Below, piece after piece: positions 40,018 to 61,247 of a stretch of 64,000 bases of DNA. A program made the translations under genes and the position numbers. The stretch comes from Bugula neritina (taxonomy: Eukaryota; Animalia; Bryozoa). Where the stretch lies: positions 12,695,801 through 12,759,800 of the forward strand of contig OZ037767.1 of the NCBI GenBank assembly GCA_964035545.1. The letters run 5' to 3'. A model generated the notes under the pieces. That model saw only the letters and a list, made by a program, of their open reading frames with translations. It had not been told where the DNA came from and did not search any database. Position 1 is the first letter of the stretch. Each line of letters starts with the position of its first letter.

Positions 40018-43000
40018 TCACCCAGATGAGCTGTGACATTTGGCGAAGTGGAACTTTATGATGTCATACAACTCAGTTTTGGTGGATTCCAACTCCTCCA
40101 GCTGTTCACGAAGAATCTTGTTTTTCTTTGTCAACTCTTCGATTTCCTGAAAAAAAAATGCAAATTGAAAAATAGCTTCTGGGTTCACTGAAGGTAGTCA
40201 TATTATTCTGCCAAGTTGCAATATTTAGATTACAGCACCACTTTAGCACTGCCATAAATTACTCATTAATTTCACTTTTTCACAATATTGGTTTGTCTTG
40301 CGACCGTCACGTATATCATTTGGTAGGGAAGAATCAATAACAGCCTAAGCTGGCATGAGGAACTAATGCGAGTTTAAAACTACTCAAGCGCGAAACTCTT
40401 CTTCTGGAACTTTCTACATTCAAAATTCTATTGGATGGTGAAATAATTAACACGGCACTTATTACGCTTTGAGTGCCAATCAACTCAGCTAATCTTCATC
40501 ACGCGATCTGCACGTGACCTGCTATTTCAGGCATTCATCCGGACACCAAGAATATTCTAGAATGCAAGGACTTGAGCGAATGGTATGCTAGTAAAGTAGT
40601 CACAAGTTTGCAGTTGAATATTGCGAGAGGGGGCTCAATCACTGTTTTAGAGTGTACAGTCAACAAACTATTGCTTTGTTGTCTAGCTGAAGGAAGATTT
40701 CGACAATAATGATTTTATAATTAACCAACAGTCAAAATCTAATATCAATACACGTTTTTGTTTCTACCAACAGTCATTTGATTAATGAATCATGGAACGT
40801 TTTAGTTGCAGTTTTGATTTACAAAGCCTTAGTACGAGCGATACAATATAATTATAACACCATAGTTCATTTCGCAACCTATACCATTAAATGATATGAA
40901 CATTGCACCTTTTAAAATTGCAATATTTGCTCAAATATTATAAGTTGACTAATTAGTCATGATTATTCATTGATTGAGCACATTATCAACTCTTATCTAC
41001 AATTATTCAAACCGAGGGTTGCGACAATCGAGTCTGGCTAGTCTACCTCACATCGTTAATATCCCAGCGATAAAAATAACAGCCAATAAACGGCGAGTTG
41101 ATTTTAAACTGACCAATGATGTGCAGGTGCTGAAATAGCTGTCCAATTAGGTTATTTCTCATTTGCATACCACATGACTATGAGTCACCTTCCAGCTCAC
41201 TAAGTAACACGCCGTCTGTTTGTACAGCGATGTTGCAACATGCCCCATTGTTTACACATCAATACAACCTCGCACTATGAAAGCCGCTATCAATACTGAT
41301 GAATAGATTTGCAGCAGCTCAAATATTTCGCAATCTTCTAGCAGCATTTGAGTTGCACTAATTTAAATACTGTGAAAACAGTTTTTGTCCTGAGAAAACA
41401 ATGATGCTAAATTCATAGTATTTAACACAATTAAAATCTATAATCATATTAAATACATGACATAAAACATGCCACATCAACGTATTTTTTAAATATAACG
41501 ATAATTTATGTTAACAATGCATAAAGTAACTTTTAGACATTGCTATCCCAAGCTGTGCAATCACAGTCCATATATGGGCTTTCATTTCTCAAGTCACTAG
41601 GTGTTGGATCAACTGGCATTGGCATAGTTTCAAATAATCTACTTATCCACTAAATCAGTCCTTATATGGGCATATGAGGGCTATATAGCCTCAGGATACC
41701 TGCTGTAGGCAATATTTTGCAGCCGAACAAGCAGATGTTTGTGTTCTCATCAAAACAGTCCACTCTAATATTTTCAGCTCACTACCATGTATGGTGAATT
41801 ATTAAGTTTCACTAATCAGTTATGTGCATTTTGGGTAGAAAAAGTTATCACATTTCTTTCATTACACATTCGAGTAATGGATCAACTAGTAGTTGAATTG
41901 ACTAAATTTGCGAGGTAGATGGAGTTTAATGGAGAATTTGAGAAAAGCTATGTTCTAGATTAGAAATGTAGCAGAAGAAGTTATGTTCTTGCGAAACTTT
42001 CAACCTACGCCCCAAACCAGAATTTAAGAAAAAAATAAAAGAACTTAGGCTATCTCAATTTCTCCACTACTGCTGCTAAATAAAATTTGCTGTATAATGC
42101 AGAGCTTACTGGAAGGGTTTATTGTTTGGTTTTCAGATGAAATGAAATGCCTGGTAGGACTAGTGAATGCAGAATTACAGAGAATTCTATCCTTAACAGA
42201 ATATAGATAATGTACACACCTCTTCAAGCACCTCAGTGTGGCTCTTTCTTTTACTCCTGCACCTCTGTGCGGCCAGCCTGTTGAGTTCTTTCCTCCTTAG
42301 CTGTTTCTGCTCCTCTGTCAGGGGTGCAGTGCATCTCTACAATAAGAACAACTGCATTGTTTGCATTTGAATAGAGTGTAATATTTACAATTTAAATGTC
42401 AAAACTTGTCCAGACTTGCCCAGCCCTACCAGCATAAACCGATTTGACTTGTTGAAAAACCCAATGTATGTATAATAAGTTTGTCCTCACCTTTGCTCTT
42501 TTGGTTGACTCTTCAATTTCGATTTGTAACTCTAATTCAGAAGTTATAGAGGAGCTTCGCCTTTTGGCAACTTTAGCAGTGGACGGACATTTGAGTTTAT
42601 TGCAAAGTTGACTGGTTTGAGGGTGGGGCTTTGGTTTGCCCGACTTTTTGCCAGTGACAAACTTTGGATTCTCTGAGATAGTGGTGGGCATCCAATCAGG
42701 ATCAGACAGATTGTCGTCTGCTGGCCGCCATGTTGAACTAGATGCATATGACTCCAGATCCAGAAGGTCGACACTTTCTGCTGGACTACTGACTGAATGC
42801 TGGTCTGAAGAATAAAACAAATTATGTAACATAACTCTAGAGGACTTGACATTCCTAACTTGATACTTTGAGCTCTAGGAGCAAAATATTGTGTGATGAT
42901 TTGCAGCTAGGATCCAGGTTTAGGCTGGTGTCTGCCTGTCTGGTAAAACGGCAAATGTAATAAAGGCACAAGTAATAATGGCACAAATGGCAAAGTAGGT

Positions 43001-45246
43001 AAGAATGGCACATTTTCAATATTAGGGTTTGGGGTGGTGGTTGGGGGTTTGAAATGAGATTTAGGTTCGGGGATGGGGGTTTGAGTTTGGGGTTTAAGGG
43101 TTGGGGTTTGGGAAAATCTAACATCAGTGTGCCATTTTTACCCAATTTTTCATTTGTGCCATTATTACCTGTGCCATTTTTACTTAGAATTGGTTTAGGC
43201 TATGAAGTATAAATCTACTGCCATTCGACATTGATTAGTGACTGACTCCATTATAGAAACAAATAACAATAAAATTTGATAAATATCAATTTAAAAATAC
43301 AGCAAAACAATAAAACTTATTGTATTACTGTATTGACAATTTATTAAACTAATGTACAATTTGAATTTTCCATAGAAAGCAAACTGTAAAAGATTATAGA
43401 GTAGATTGCACCATCAATTGACACAACTATTCCAATTAGTAGCATTGTATATCAACTACTAGTTAGTAGTAATTACTAGCTAGTAGGTAACCCCTAGCTA
43501 CTAGTTATGCAGCAATCAAGGAAACGGTGGAATCAGCTTTATTAAACCTTTCATAAAAATATCCTCATAGTTAATAAAATTTAGCTGCAGTATGGAAAGC
43601 TGGAGCTGAAAAACACAACGAAGTTTCCACAATGACTCAAAACTTGCAGAAAAATGTAACTGTTGTTCAAAGAATTACCCTGTTGAATAGTGGAACTCTA
43701 ACTGAGAAATACGGTTATTTTTGGACTAGTTATTGCCTTATAATAAGTATTTGTACTGTTAGCAAGAAAATCATAACATTACAACACGATAGACAAATTG
43801 AAGCTGTCCCCCCCCTTCAGCACTATGGCTACACCTTTGAAGCATAAGAAACTAATGCATATTTAAAAGGTGTGTAAACTTAAACCAGAGAGTTTTATAT
43901 TTTACATCTAATTATTACCATGAGATTCATTTGAAGTGAGTTGTGTGTAGGTTACTTTATCAGTCAAATTGTCATAAAAATTAAAATATTCTTCAGCCAT
44001 TGTTTGACTAGGTTCCATAAACAGAGGCTCCTCACTTTCGGAGTACAGCTGCACTGTTGATGGGGTTAGAGCATGTTCTAATTCAAAGTGTGCTTCGTGT
44101 GGATCGTTAAAATTTCCTAAATCTGAAATATAACCACATACAAGAATTAGCCTCGTGGATTCAAATTTAATATTCACCATTGAACTCATATTTGTATATT
44201 GCAGAGCGCAAAATGATTATTATCATTACAACAAAACGAAACAATATTTTTAATGCCAATACTGTTAATACTTGAAGTAGTAATAGTAATAGCTCATTTA
44301 ATTGGTGATTATTACTATTAAACTCAATCTCATTCTTCAGTATTATTTACTATGAGTACTCTTCAAAAGGATTACTATTAGTGTCCATTTAGCAATCATA
44401 ATGAAAATGAGTGCTGCATTTATCTATACTAACTAATAAGCAGGAACTGCTAGTGGCTATTATTTGCAACAAAAAGAATAATTAAAATACCACATCTTTA
44501 CCTAGTATTACTACAGAACTGTGACTACATGCATACTCATATTGATATGATAAACAGCTAATGTTAATACTAATAGTACCACTAGTACTACAACTAGTAT
44601 TACTATTATCAGTAGTACTAGTAATAATACTAGTAGTAGTAGTAGTAGTAGTAGTAGTTAGTACTAGTAGTAGCTCCACTAAGTTCAAATTAAATACCAA
44701 ATACTGAAATAGTCAAATACAAAAAAAAATACTACTACATTATATTAATATAACTATATAATATAATATAGGTATTATTGTAATTATTGAGGGATTGAAT
44801 AGTATTATTAGTATTACTATTAGTATTAGAAGTTATTTTTATAATAGAATGTTGCAGTTGTTGGCTAGAAAGTATTACTGCATTATCAACTCACATACAT
44901 TCACTTTCAGCTTAATATTAAAATTAGTCTAAAGATGACATAGCTGCCAATGATAATTACCTGTTAAGTTAAGCAGACTAGAAGGGGATGGGTACGCTTA
45001 TCCGCATCTTTTCATTATGATAAAATAGTTGATATCATGATTATGATAATCTTAAAGTTAAACTTAAAGTTAAACTAACAGTAACAGCAAGCGTAACTCA
45101 GTCTCACAATTTTCAATGTTTAGATACCCATAATTCTTAGCAATCAGTTGCTTAAATAAAACTTTTAATCATTTTTACTCACCTGCTGATAGAAGTGAGG
45201 TTGAAGGAGTTTCATCCAAAGGCAAGTTGAAATTGAAATCCAACAT
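40018..45246 (-). CDS. bZIP transcription factor, Fos/ATF3/BATF-like, 5 exons
   Basis: Exons ~45246-45183, 44122-43919, 42804-42491, 42336-42220, 40146-40018. Basic region EEQKQLRRKELNRLAAQRCRSKRK, then leucine zipper LEEEIEELTKKNKILREQLEELESTKTEL, ending in the Fos/ATF3-type HxxxC (HFAKC). Confidence 0.88.
42938..43192. mobile_element. MITE-like element with GGTAAwAATGGCAC subterminal repeats; second copy at 60681-60863
   Basis: Direct arrays of aatggcaca on the left and inverted tgtgccatt on the right, with a G/T-rich core. The 60681 copy interrupts a SINE-like repeat. Confidence 0.8.
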
Positions 45247-46539
45247 ATTGATAATGATATTGACTAAAGAAATTCAAATTGAAATGGCAGTATCCAGGGC
45301 AAGATCACGTCTACTGACCAATGTGATTACAGATGTCCGATGATGCAAGAACAAACCACTTGAAAAGTATTGAGTCACGCCACCTTTTTACAAAATAATT
45401 TTGGCAATTAGTTTGAACTCTGAAAACTACACCTGAACACATTGGTTGTTTCTGAATGAATGAAGTAACTAGCCAGTTCAGACATGTTCTAAAACTTTGC
45501 TTACTGTGCATGTAATATATTAGCATATTACAACGCTGGGAAAATCCCATAACATTTCCCAAGCTATGCGCCCAATAGTTAAAATTAAAATTCAACTTTG
45601 CAAAAAAACACAGTATTTAAAACATTTAATTTAAAATTTTAAACAAGGATTATTTTATCTAAACAATTTTTTGTAAAATCATTATAAAATTGCGAATAGC
45701 AACTTTGAGCTATTTTTTTTTCGAGCATTTAGACAAAGGTGCTCTTCGGTCATGTGACTTAGAAGTCATATGACCGCTAATAGCTACGCCCCGTATAACG
45801 TAGAAACAAAGCATGACTCATATTGTGACACGTGTAAGAAATGAACAGCTACCTGGTCATCGGGTGGCCTGATATCAAGGGTCTGCAGCAGCTGCTGCTA
45901 CTTCTTTGCCCAAAGTTTGCAATGTAGGCTGCAGAACAGCAATAAAACCTGCATTAAGCTATAATTCGCAGTGAAAACTTTCAAGTCTACTATCTGCATC
46001 AATCAAATCAACTATATAAGTTATAGCATTAAAACAAAAGTAACAGTTACGAACAAATTTAATTATTCTGAGTATGATTATAGTAAAAATAGTGCATAGT
46101 TGTGCAGTCTGTACTACTTTTCTACTGCTTAATGGAGCATTATTCTGGACTCTAGAGTCTAGAGTGTTCTCAAATTCTAAACATCCAATTGGTCATGATA
46201 TAGCACCTACTCACTCACTCACATGTGTTTATAGTCACCATCTCTGTGAAAACACCTGAGTAATAGAGGTTTATTTTCACTACTGTGGCAAAGGATCAAT
46301 TATGACTGAATGCTAAATTCTTATGTCACCAATGACCTTTGCTTGGAATCAGCCATTTACTTTGTGTTTACTAAGCCAGCACTCTAACCACTAGGCCTTG
46401 CATTTACCACCTTCCTTAAAAAGGATATGATATGTTATACCCACTGTGATGGCAGGGAGGTAAAGTTATATATTTTGAAAAGTGTCTCTGTGTGTTTTTC
46501 ATGACACAAAACCAATAAAGAACTGCATTCATTATCAAG

Positions 46540-47560
46540 TAATATAACACAATGTACTGTAGTATAACACACTGTACTGTAGTATAACACAATGTACTGT
46601 AGTATAACACAATGTACTGTAGTATAACACAATGTACTGTAGTATAACACAATGTACTGTAGTATAACACACTGTACTGTAATATAACACAGTGTACTGT
46701 AGTATAACACAATGTACTGTAGTATAACACAATGTACTGTAGTATAACACACTGTACTGTAGTATAACACAATATGTACTGTAGTATAACACAATCTACT
46801 GTAGTATAACACAATAGACTGTAGTATAACGCAATGTACTGTAGTATAACGCAATGTACTGTAATATAACACAATGTACTGTAGTATAACACAATATACT
46901 GTAGTATAACACAATCTACTGTAGTATAACACAATATGTACTGTAGTATAACACAATCTACTGTAGTATAACACAATATACTGTAGTATAACGCAATGTA
47001 CTGTAGTATAACACAATGTACTGTAGTATAACACAATGTACTGTAGTATAACACAATGTACTGTAGTATAACACAATCTACTGTAGTATAACACAATATG
47101 TACTGTAGTATAACACAATCTACTGTAGTATAACACAATATACTGTAGTATAACGCAATGTACTGTAGTATAACACAATGTACTGTAGTATAACACAATG
47201 TACTGTAGTATAACACAATGTACTGTAGTATAACACAATGTACTGTAGTATAACACAATGTACTGTAGTATAACACAGTGTACTGTAGTATAACACAATG
47301 TACTGTAGTATAACACACTGTACTGTAGTATAACGCAATGTACTGTAGTATAACACAATGTACTGTAGTATAACACAGTGTACTGTAGTATAACACAATA
47401 GACTGTAATATAACACAATGTACTGTAGTATAACACAATGTACTGTAGTATAACGCAATGTACTGTAGTATAACACAATGTACTGTAGTATAATACACAA
47501 TGTACTGTAGTATAACACAATAGACTGTAGTATAAAACATTGTACTGTAGTATAACACAT
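46540..47560. repeat. 20-bp minisatellite (aatgtactgtagtataacac)n, ~50 copies
   Basis: Directly visible; source of the spurious YYSTLC ORFs. Confidence 0.97.
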
Positions 47561-50460
47561 TATAGAGCAATACCAGCAATGCCATATTTTCATCTGAAAA
47601 ATCCAAGGCAAGTACACCAATGCAGAAATTTTAAAAAGTATGTTTTTTAGAACAAAAGACGTGTTTATTCTGATAATTTTCAAGTCAAACTTGGATACGA
47701 TCAGGTAGACTATTTTGTATATTATTATACATGACAAGCATGGTGGAATTGTTGCCTATGCAATTAGGAGTTAATTATAAAAAGGTTGACAACAGCCAGT
47801 TTGAACTCTCACGTATGCTCTAGCAATTATATCTAAGTGCATTTCTTACTCAGTTTCCTAAGATTACACACCATCAACCTAACTGTTGTTATTGTGATAT
47901 ATTATGCAGGTGCAGTTATTTATGGCATTGAATAATGTAGCATTGCAGAGCTCTGTCCTGCAGTTTTGAGTGAGTGCCAAAAAGTATTTATTATTGTACT
48001 ACGACACACACTGATATATAAAACATGATCTGTAGTAGAACTATAGTCAAGTACACTAAGGGTATGACATCATATAGTATAACTATACAGTCCTAGTCAT
48101 ATGGGAACAGCACAGCTTTTCAAAACACCATGCAGTAACCTTCTTAATTAGGCTTGTAGTCAGCATGCAGTTCTAGAGAGAGAGATATATCATGTTAGAA
48201 AACAAATAGTGTACAAAATTGCTGGACACAACCTATGAATAATTGTTATACTTAATTTGCAGCATTATGATATGAATTTTGTTGTTCTGCATTGATTAAT
48301 TCTCTGCATAAATTGCTCATTGGCATCCAAGTAGCTCATTGGCATCTAGGCAGCATGGAAACAGACAAATTTGAATGATGAGATATGAAACCTTCCAATT
48401 TGAAAAAAATGGTGACTGTTTGTTCCAAGGAAGACAAATCCTTCAATTCATATCATGTCTTTTTCTTTTTCTAACAGTAAATGTTAACATACCCATGGTA
48501 TTACTACTAGTCATTAGTTAGTACTCCTAGTCATTAGATACTAGATAGTACTACTAGTCAGTAGTTAGTACAGTTAGTCATTAGTTGGTTGTACTACTAT
48601 TCATGGTCGCTGATTCAAAGAGTCACCAGGCCTAACAGGCATGCACTCAGCTTTATGAAAGACCACAACCAACTCATAAAGATATTGTATCTGTATATGG
48701 TAGATCAGTGATGATCATGAGCTTAATGAATATATCCCGAAAAGATGAATGACAACTTATTACTGGGTATAGGTGCTATAGTTGTCTACAAGAAATGTTA
48801 GCCAAAATGTAGCACTGATGCATCAAGCTTTTGATGCATTCTGCAACGACTATGGCCTCCATTACTTTATTTGTTTAAATTAAATGACACTAAAATATGA
48901 TTATGCAGTAGAAGGAATTATCACCAAATCGTGGCTATATATATACCTGCTCATGTAATTAAGTTGCAACAATCACTAGAAGTAGTATAATTATAATGTA
49001 TATGGTGACAATGATTGTATGTAATCTGCCAAGTCATGTACAGAAATTAAGAAATAATTTTGCAATATGTTGGTCAATAAAATGCAAACTAAAATAATTT
49101 ATAATCACAAGTTTTTCATCTTACACTGTTTAATATGTTGGCCTCTACCAGCCCGGAAGGGGAAACCAATGTGACTAGTAAATGTTGAAACTGTTTCAAA
49201 ATTTGAAGTATGGTTAGTTTCAAAATCTATATTATATGTTTTTTTATGTTATAAACAAACACTCAAGGCACATATTCATGAGTCTTAATATTTTAATAAA
49301 GACAATATTATGTTGCATAACATTATGTTCAGCTAAAACAATTAATTAACTGTTTGACTGTACCATTCAGTGATAGGGCATGGCTATCTATAATCATGAC
49401 TGATATTCAATTCAACAGGCAAATGTCTCATTATAATTGACCAGATATCAATGTGCATTTGAAAAGATGAAATTATAGTAGCATCAACTATAAACAAAAT
49501 TATTATGTTGACAATTGAAAAATCTAACATACTTCTTCACAAACCACTTGAAGCTACTGAAAGCACTTGACATCAAATGTCTTGCATGAAGAATATGTAG
49601 GCGCATGGAGATCACAGTGATGTAAAAAAATAACTTATATTTGATTTCAATTAATATGTAGCCAGAGTAGCCGGAGTTTTTCTAATATTAGCTGCTGGTA
49701 AAATTTTCACCCTCAAAATATACTAGAATTTAAAGTTGTGCTTTGTTAAATAATAATAGTTATTCAACCTGGAATTTTTATGTGGTTGTAAACTTACAGC
49801 CAATTACCATTTTGAAAAAATTTATAAAGCTATGTTTTTGAAGTTATTCTATATAAGCGATTGAGTTAATATATAGATTGAAGCAACATACAGAGCATAA
49901 TTCTTTTTAAATTAATATTTACAACAGCATCGCATGCATGCATTTTCAATAAAAACAATGTTGCACAAGCCAATTAGAACTGACTAGTTGTTTAAAGCAT
50001 GACACTTCATACATTGTTCGATATGTATCGATCAAATATCATCGCTATATTAACTAAATAATTATTGATGCAATACTATAATGAGTATCTGCAACAGATA
50101 CACCGTGATACTGAAATATGCATAATTTTTGTTCCTTTTACATAGTATCACAACTTATTGTTGGTAAAGATATTGTGCCACAAACAAATATGCATATTTT
50201 ATTAAAAAAACATCACCTGTCTATTTATTTGAGAGATTATATGGAAGTTTGGAATGTCACTATTTACTCAAAATATAAAATTATGTTGCAATATGTGCTT
50301 CTGACACCAGTAGCGATTTAAACTGTTGACTGAACCTAAAGGTTAATGAAGAGGCTTGTGGGAAGAAACAGATGGTAGTGTTAACTGACGTCTGCTAAGA
50401 ACGTCTGCACTGATAAAAGCTCTAGTAAACTCCATTAACTACAGTTGTCTCTAATTTACC

Positions 50461-51159
50461 ATGGAGAGACACATGATATTGCTAGCAGTTGTAACTTTAT
50501 GCTTTATTCACCTGGTTGACACTCAAATACCCGCCTCTAGCCAAGAGCTTATCATCTACAGACTCATAGAGTCGCTCTGTCCTGGAAGTGAAGCAGAAGC
50601 ACTGACTGAGTCACCAGATGGCGCAAGTCTTTACAGTAGATTGTTGAATAAACTCGTAGAATGCAGACAGAATAAAAGTGGAATATTTGATCCAGTAACG
50701 ACTCAAAAGCCAGAGCCTGTGACACTCTACAAGACTCCAAGAGAGTGTCTTACGGCAACTAGTTTTACTGAGTCATGGAGGTTTGACCGAGCTGGGCAGA
50801 ACCACACACCGGGTGGCGCCCACTCTAGTGGCGGATATGCTTGTGATATGAATACAGAAACCTTGGACTGGTTCAGATTTAGTAGTAAAGAAAGTGGAAG
50901 TAGAATGTTAGACGTCTGTCCAGAGAAATATAGCTGTGGAGCCGCGATTCCCTTCTGGAGTGACGAGACTGCCTCGAGCAAGGTTGGTGAATTGAAGGCT
51001 ATTCGTACGTATGCTGTGAGAGGATCCAATTGCAAGAGTTATACCAAGACAGTGTACGTCATGAGATGCTCGCCAGATGAGAATGACATTATCTACAAGG
51101 TGCGGGACAGGTACTCTGGTTCATGTGGAGCAGCATTCTGCGCTATGAAAGCTAAATGA
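50461..51159 (+). CDS. Secreted protein with a single D8C (uromodulin/GP2/OIT3-like) cysteine-rich domain, 232 aa
   Basis: Signal peptide MERHMILLAVVTLCFIHLVDT. Domain pattern C...YACD...WFRF....GSRMLDVCP...CGAAIPFW...C...VMRCS...IY...C...FCAM with 8 Cys. Intronless CDS; AATAAA downstream (~51258). Confidence 0.85.
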   Translation: MERHMILLAVVTLCFIHLVDTQIPASSQELIIYRLIESLCPGSEAEALTESPDGASLYSRLLNKLVECRQNKSGIFDPVTTQKPEPVTLYKTPRECLTATSFTESWRFDRAGQNHTPGGAHSSGGYACDMNTETLDWFRFSSKESGSRMLDVCPEKYSCGAAIPFWSDETASSKVGELKAIRTYAVRGSNCKSYTKTVYVMRCSPDENDIIYKVRDRYSGSCGAAFCAMKAK

Positions 51160-52048
51160 TCTCCAACCGTTTGAATCGAGACATTAGAAACTAAATGTTT
51201 ACAGTTGCGCCCTAAAAGTCAATGGTTATGCATGAATAACATATTAAAGTGCAGAGCAATAAATGTGTCAGTGTGAACCTTATATTTCTTTACCATGAAA
51301 TCGCTTCATTTTTACATATTATAATTTCAATAAAATGACAAAATTTACTGCCCTGATTATCCAATATTTTCTTTGCATTGTGTATGCAAATCAAGCATTT
51401 GCATTGGCATTCTCCAGCCAATTAAAAACATGGACAAAAATAACTAGCCATTTAGTGATCAGCTTTGAATATAACATACTTTATTTCCCCTTCAAAATAC
51501 ATTCACTTGATAAATTTATGAAATACAACATGTAAAAGTGCAAAATCATTTAGTAATAGATTGTATATAGTTTGAAGATTCATAAGTAGAGAAGAGCAAA
51601 ACAAAAACAATAAGTAGAACATGGTGACTTGAAACATACAAAGATAAAATAGCAGCTGATTTAAACAGATTTTTTGAAACTATGATTAAAACATAAGAGA
51701 TGAAAACATCACAGATAAAAAGAGGAATGTAACTGCAGCACACAAAGTTAGATGAAAAAACCTTCTAAAATATTACAGTAGAAGTATGCTTCTGTAAAAG
51801 TGAAAAAATAGGGAATTTATGACCAAACCTGAATATATTATATTGACAAATGGCTTATGTATAGAACAAGTGAATTCAAACTGATCACATATAATATTGG
51901 TCAACATAGAAGAAACACACAGTAACAGGAAGTGATGTCATTGCTTTTACACTCAGTTGTTTGAACCTCATTATGCTAAATAAAATACTGAGCTATATGT
52001 TTCATTATGGCTGTATAGCCTTAGGTGTTAGATACGGTAGACTGAGAG

Positions 52049-61247
<9,199 letters not shown>

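Noticed and set aside
46416-47737. Long Cys/Tyr-rich ORFs (up to 396 aa)
   Set aside because: Products of the 20-bp minisatellite, open in several frames.
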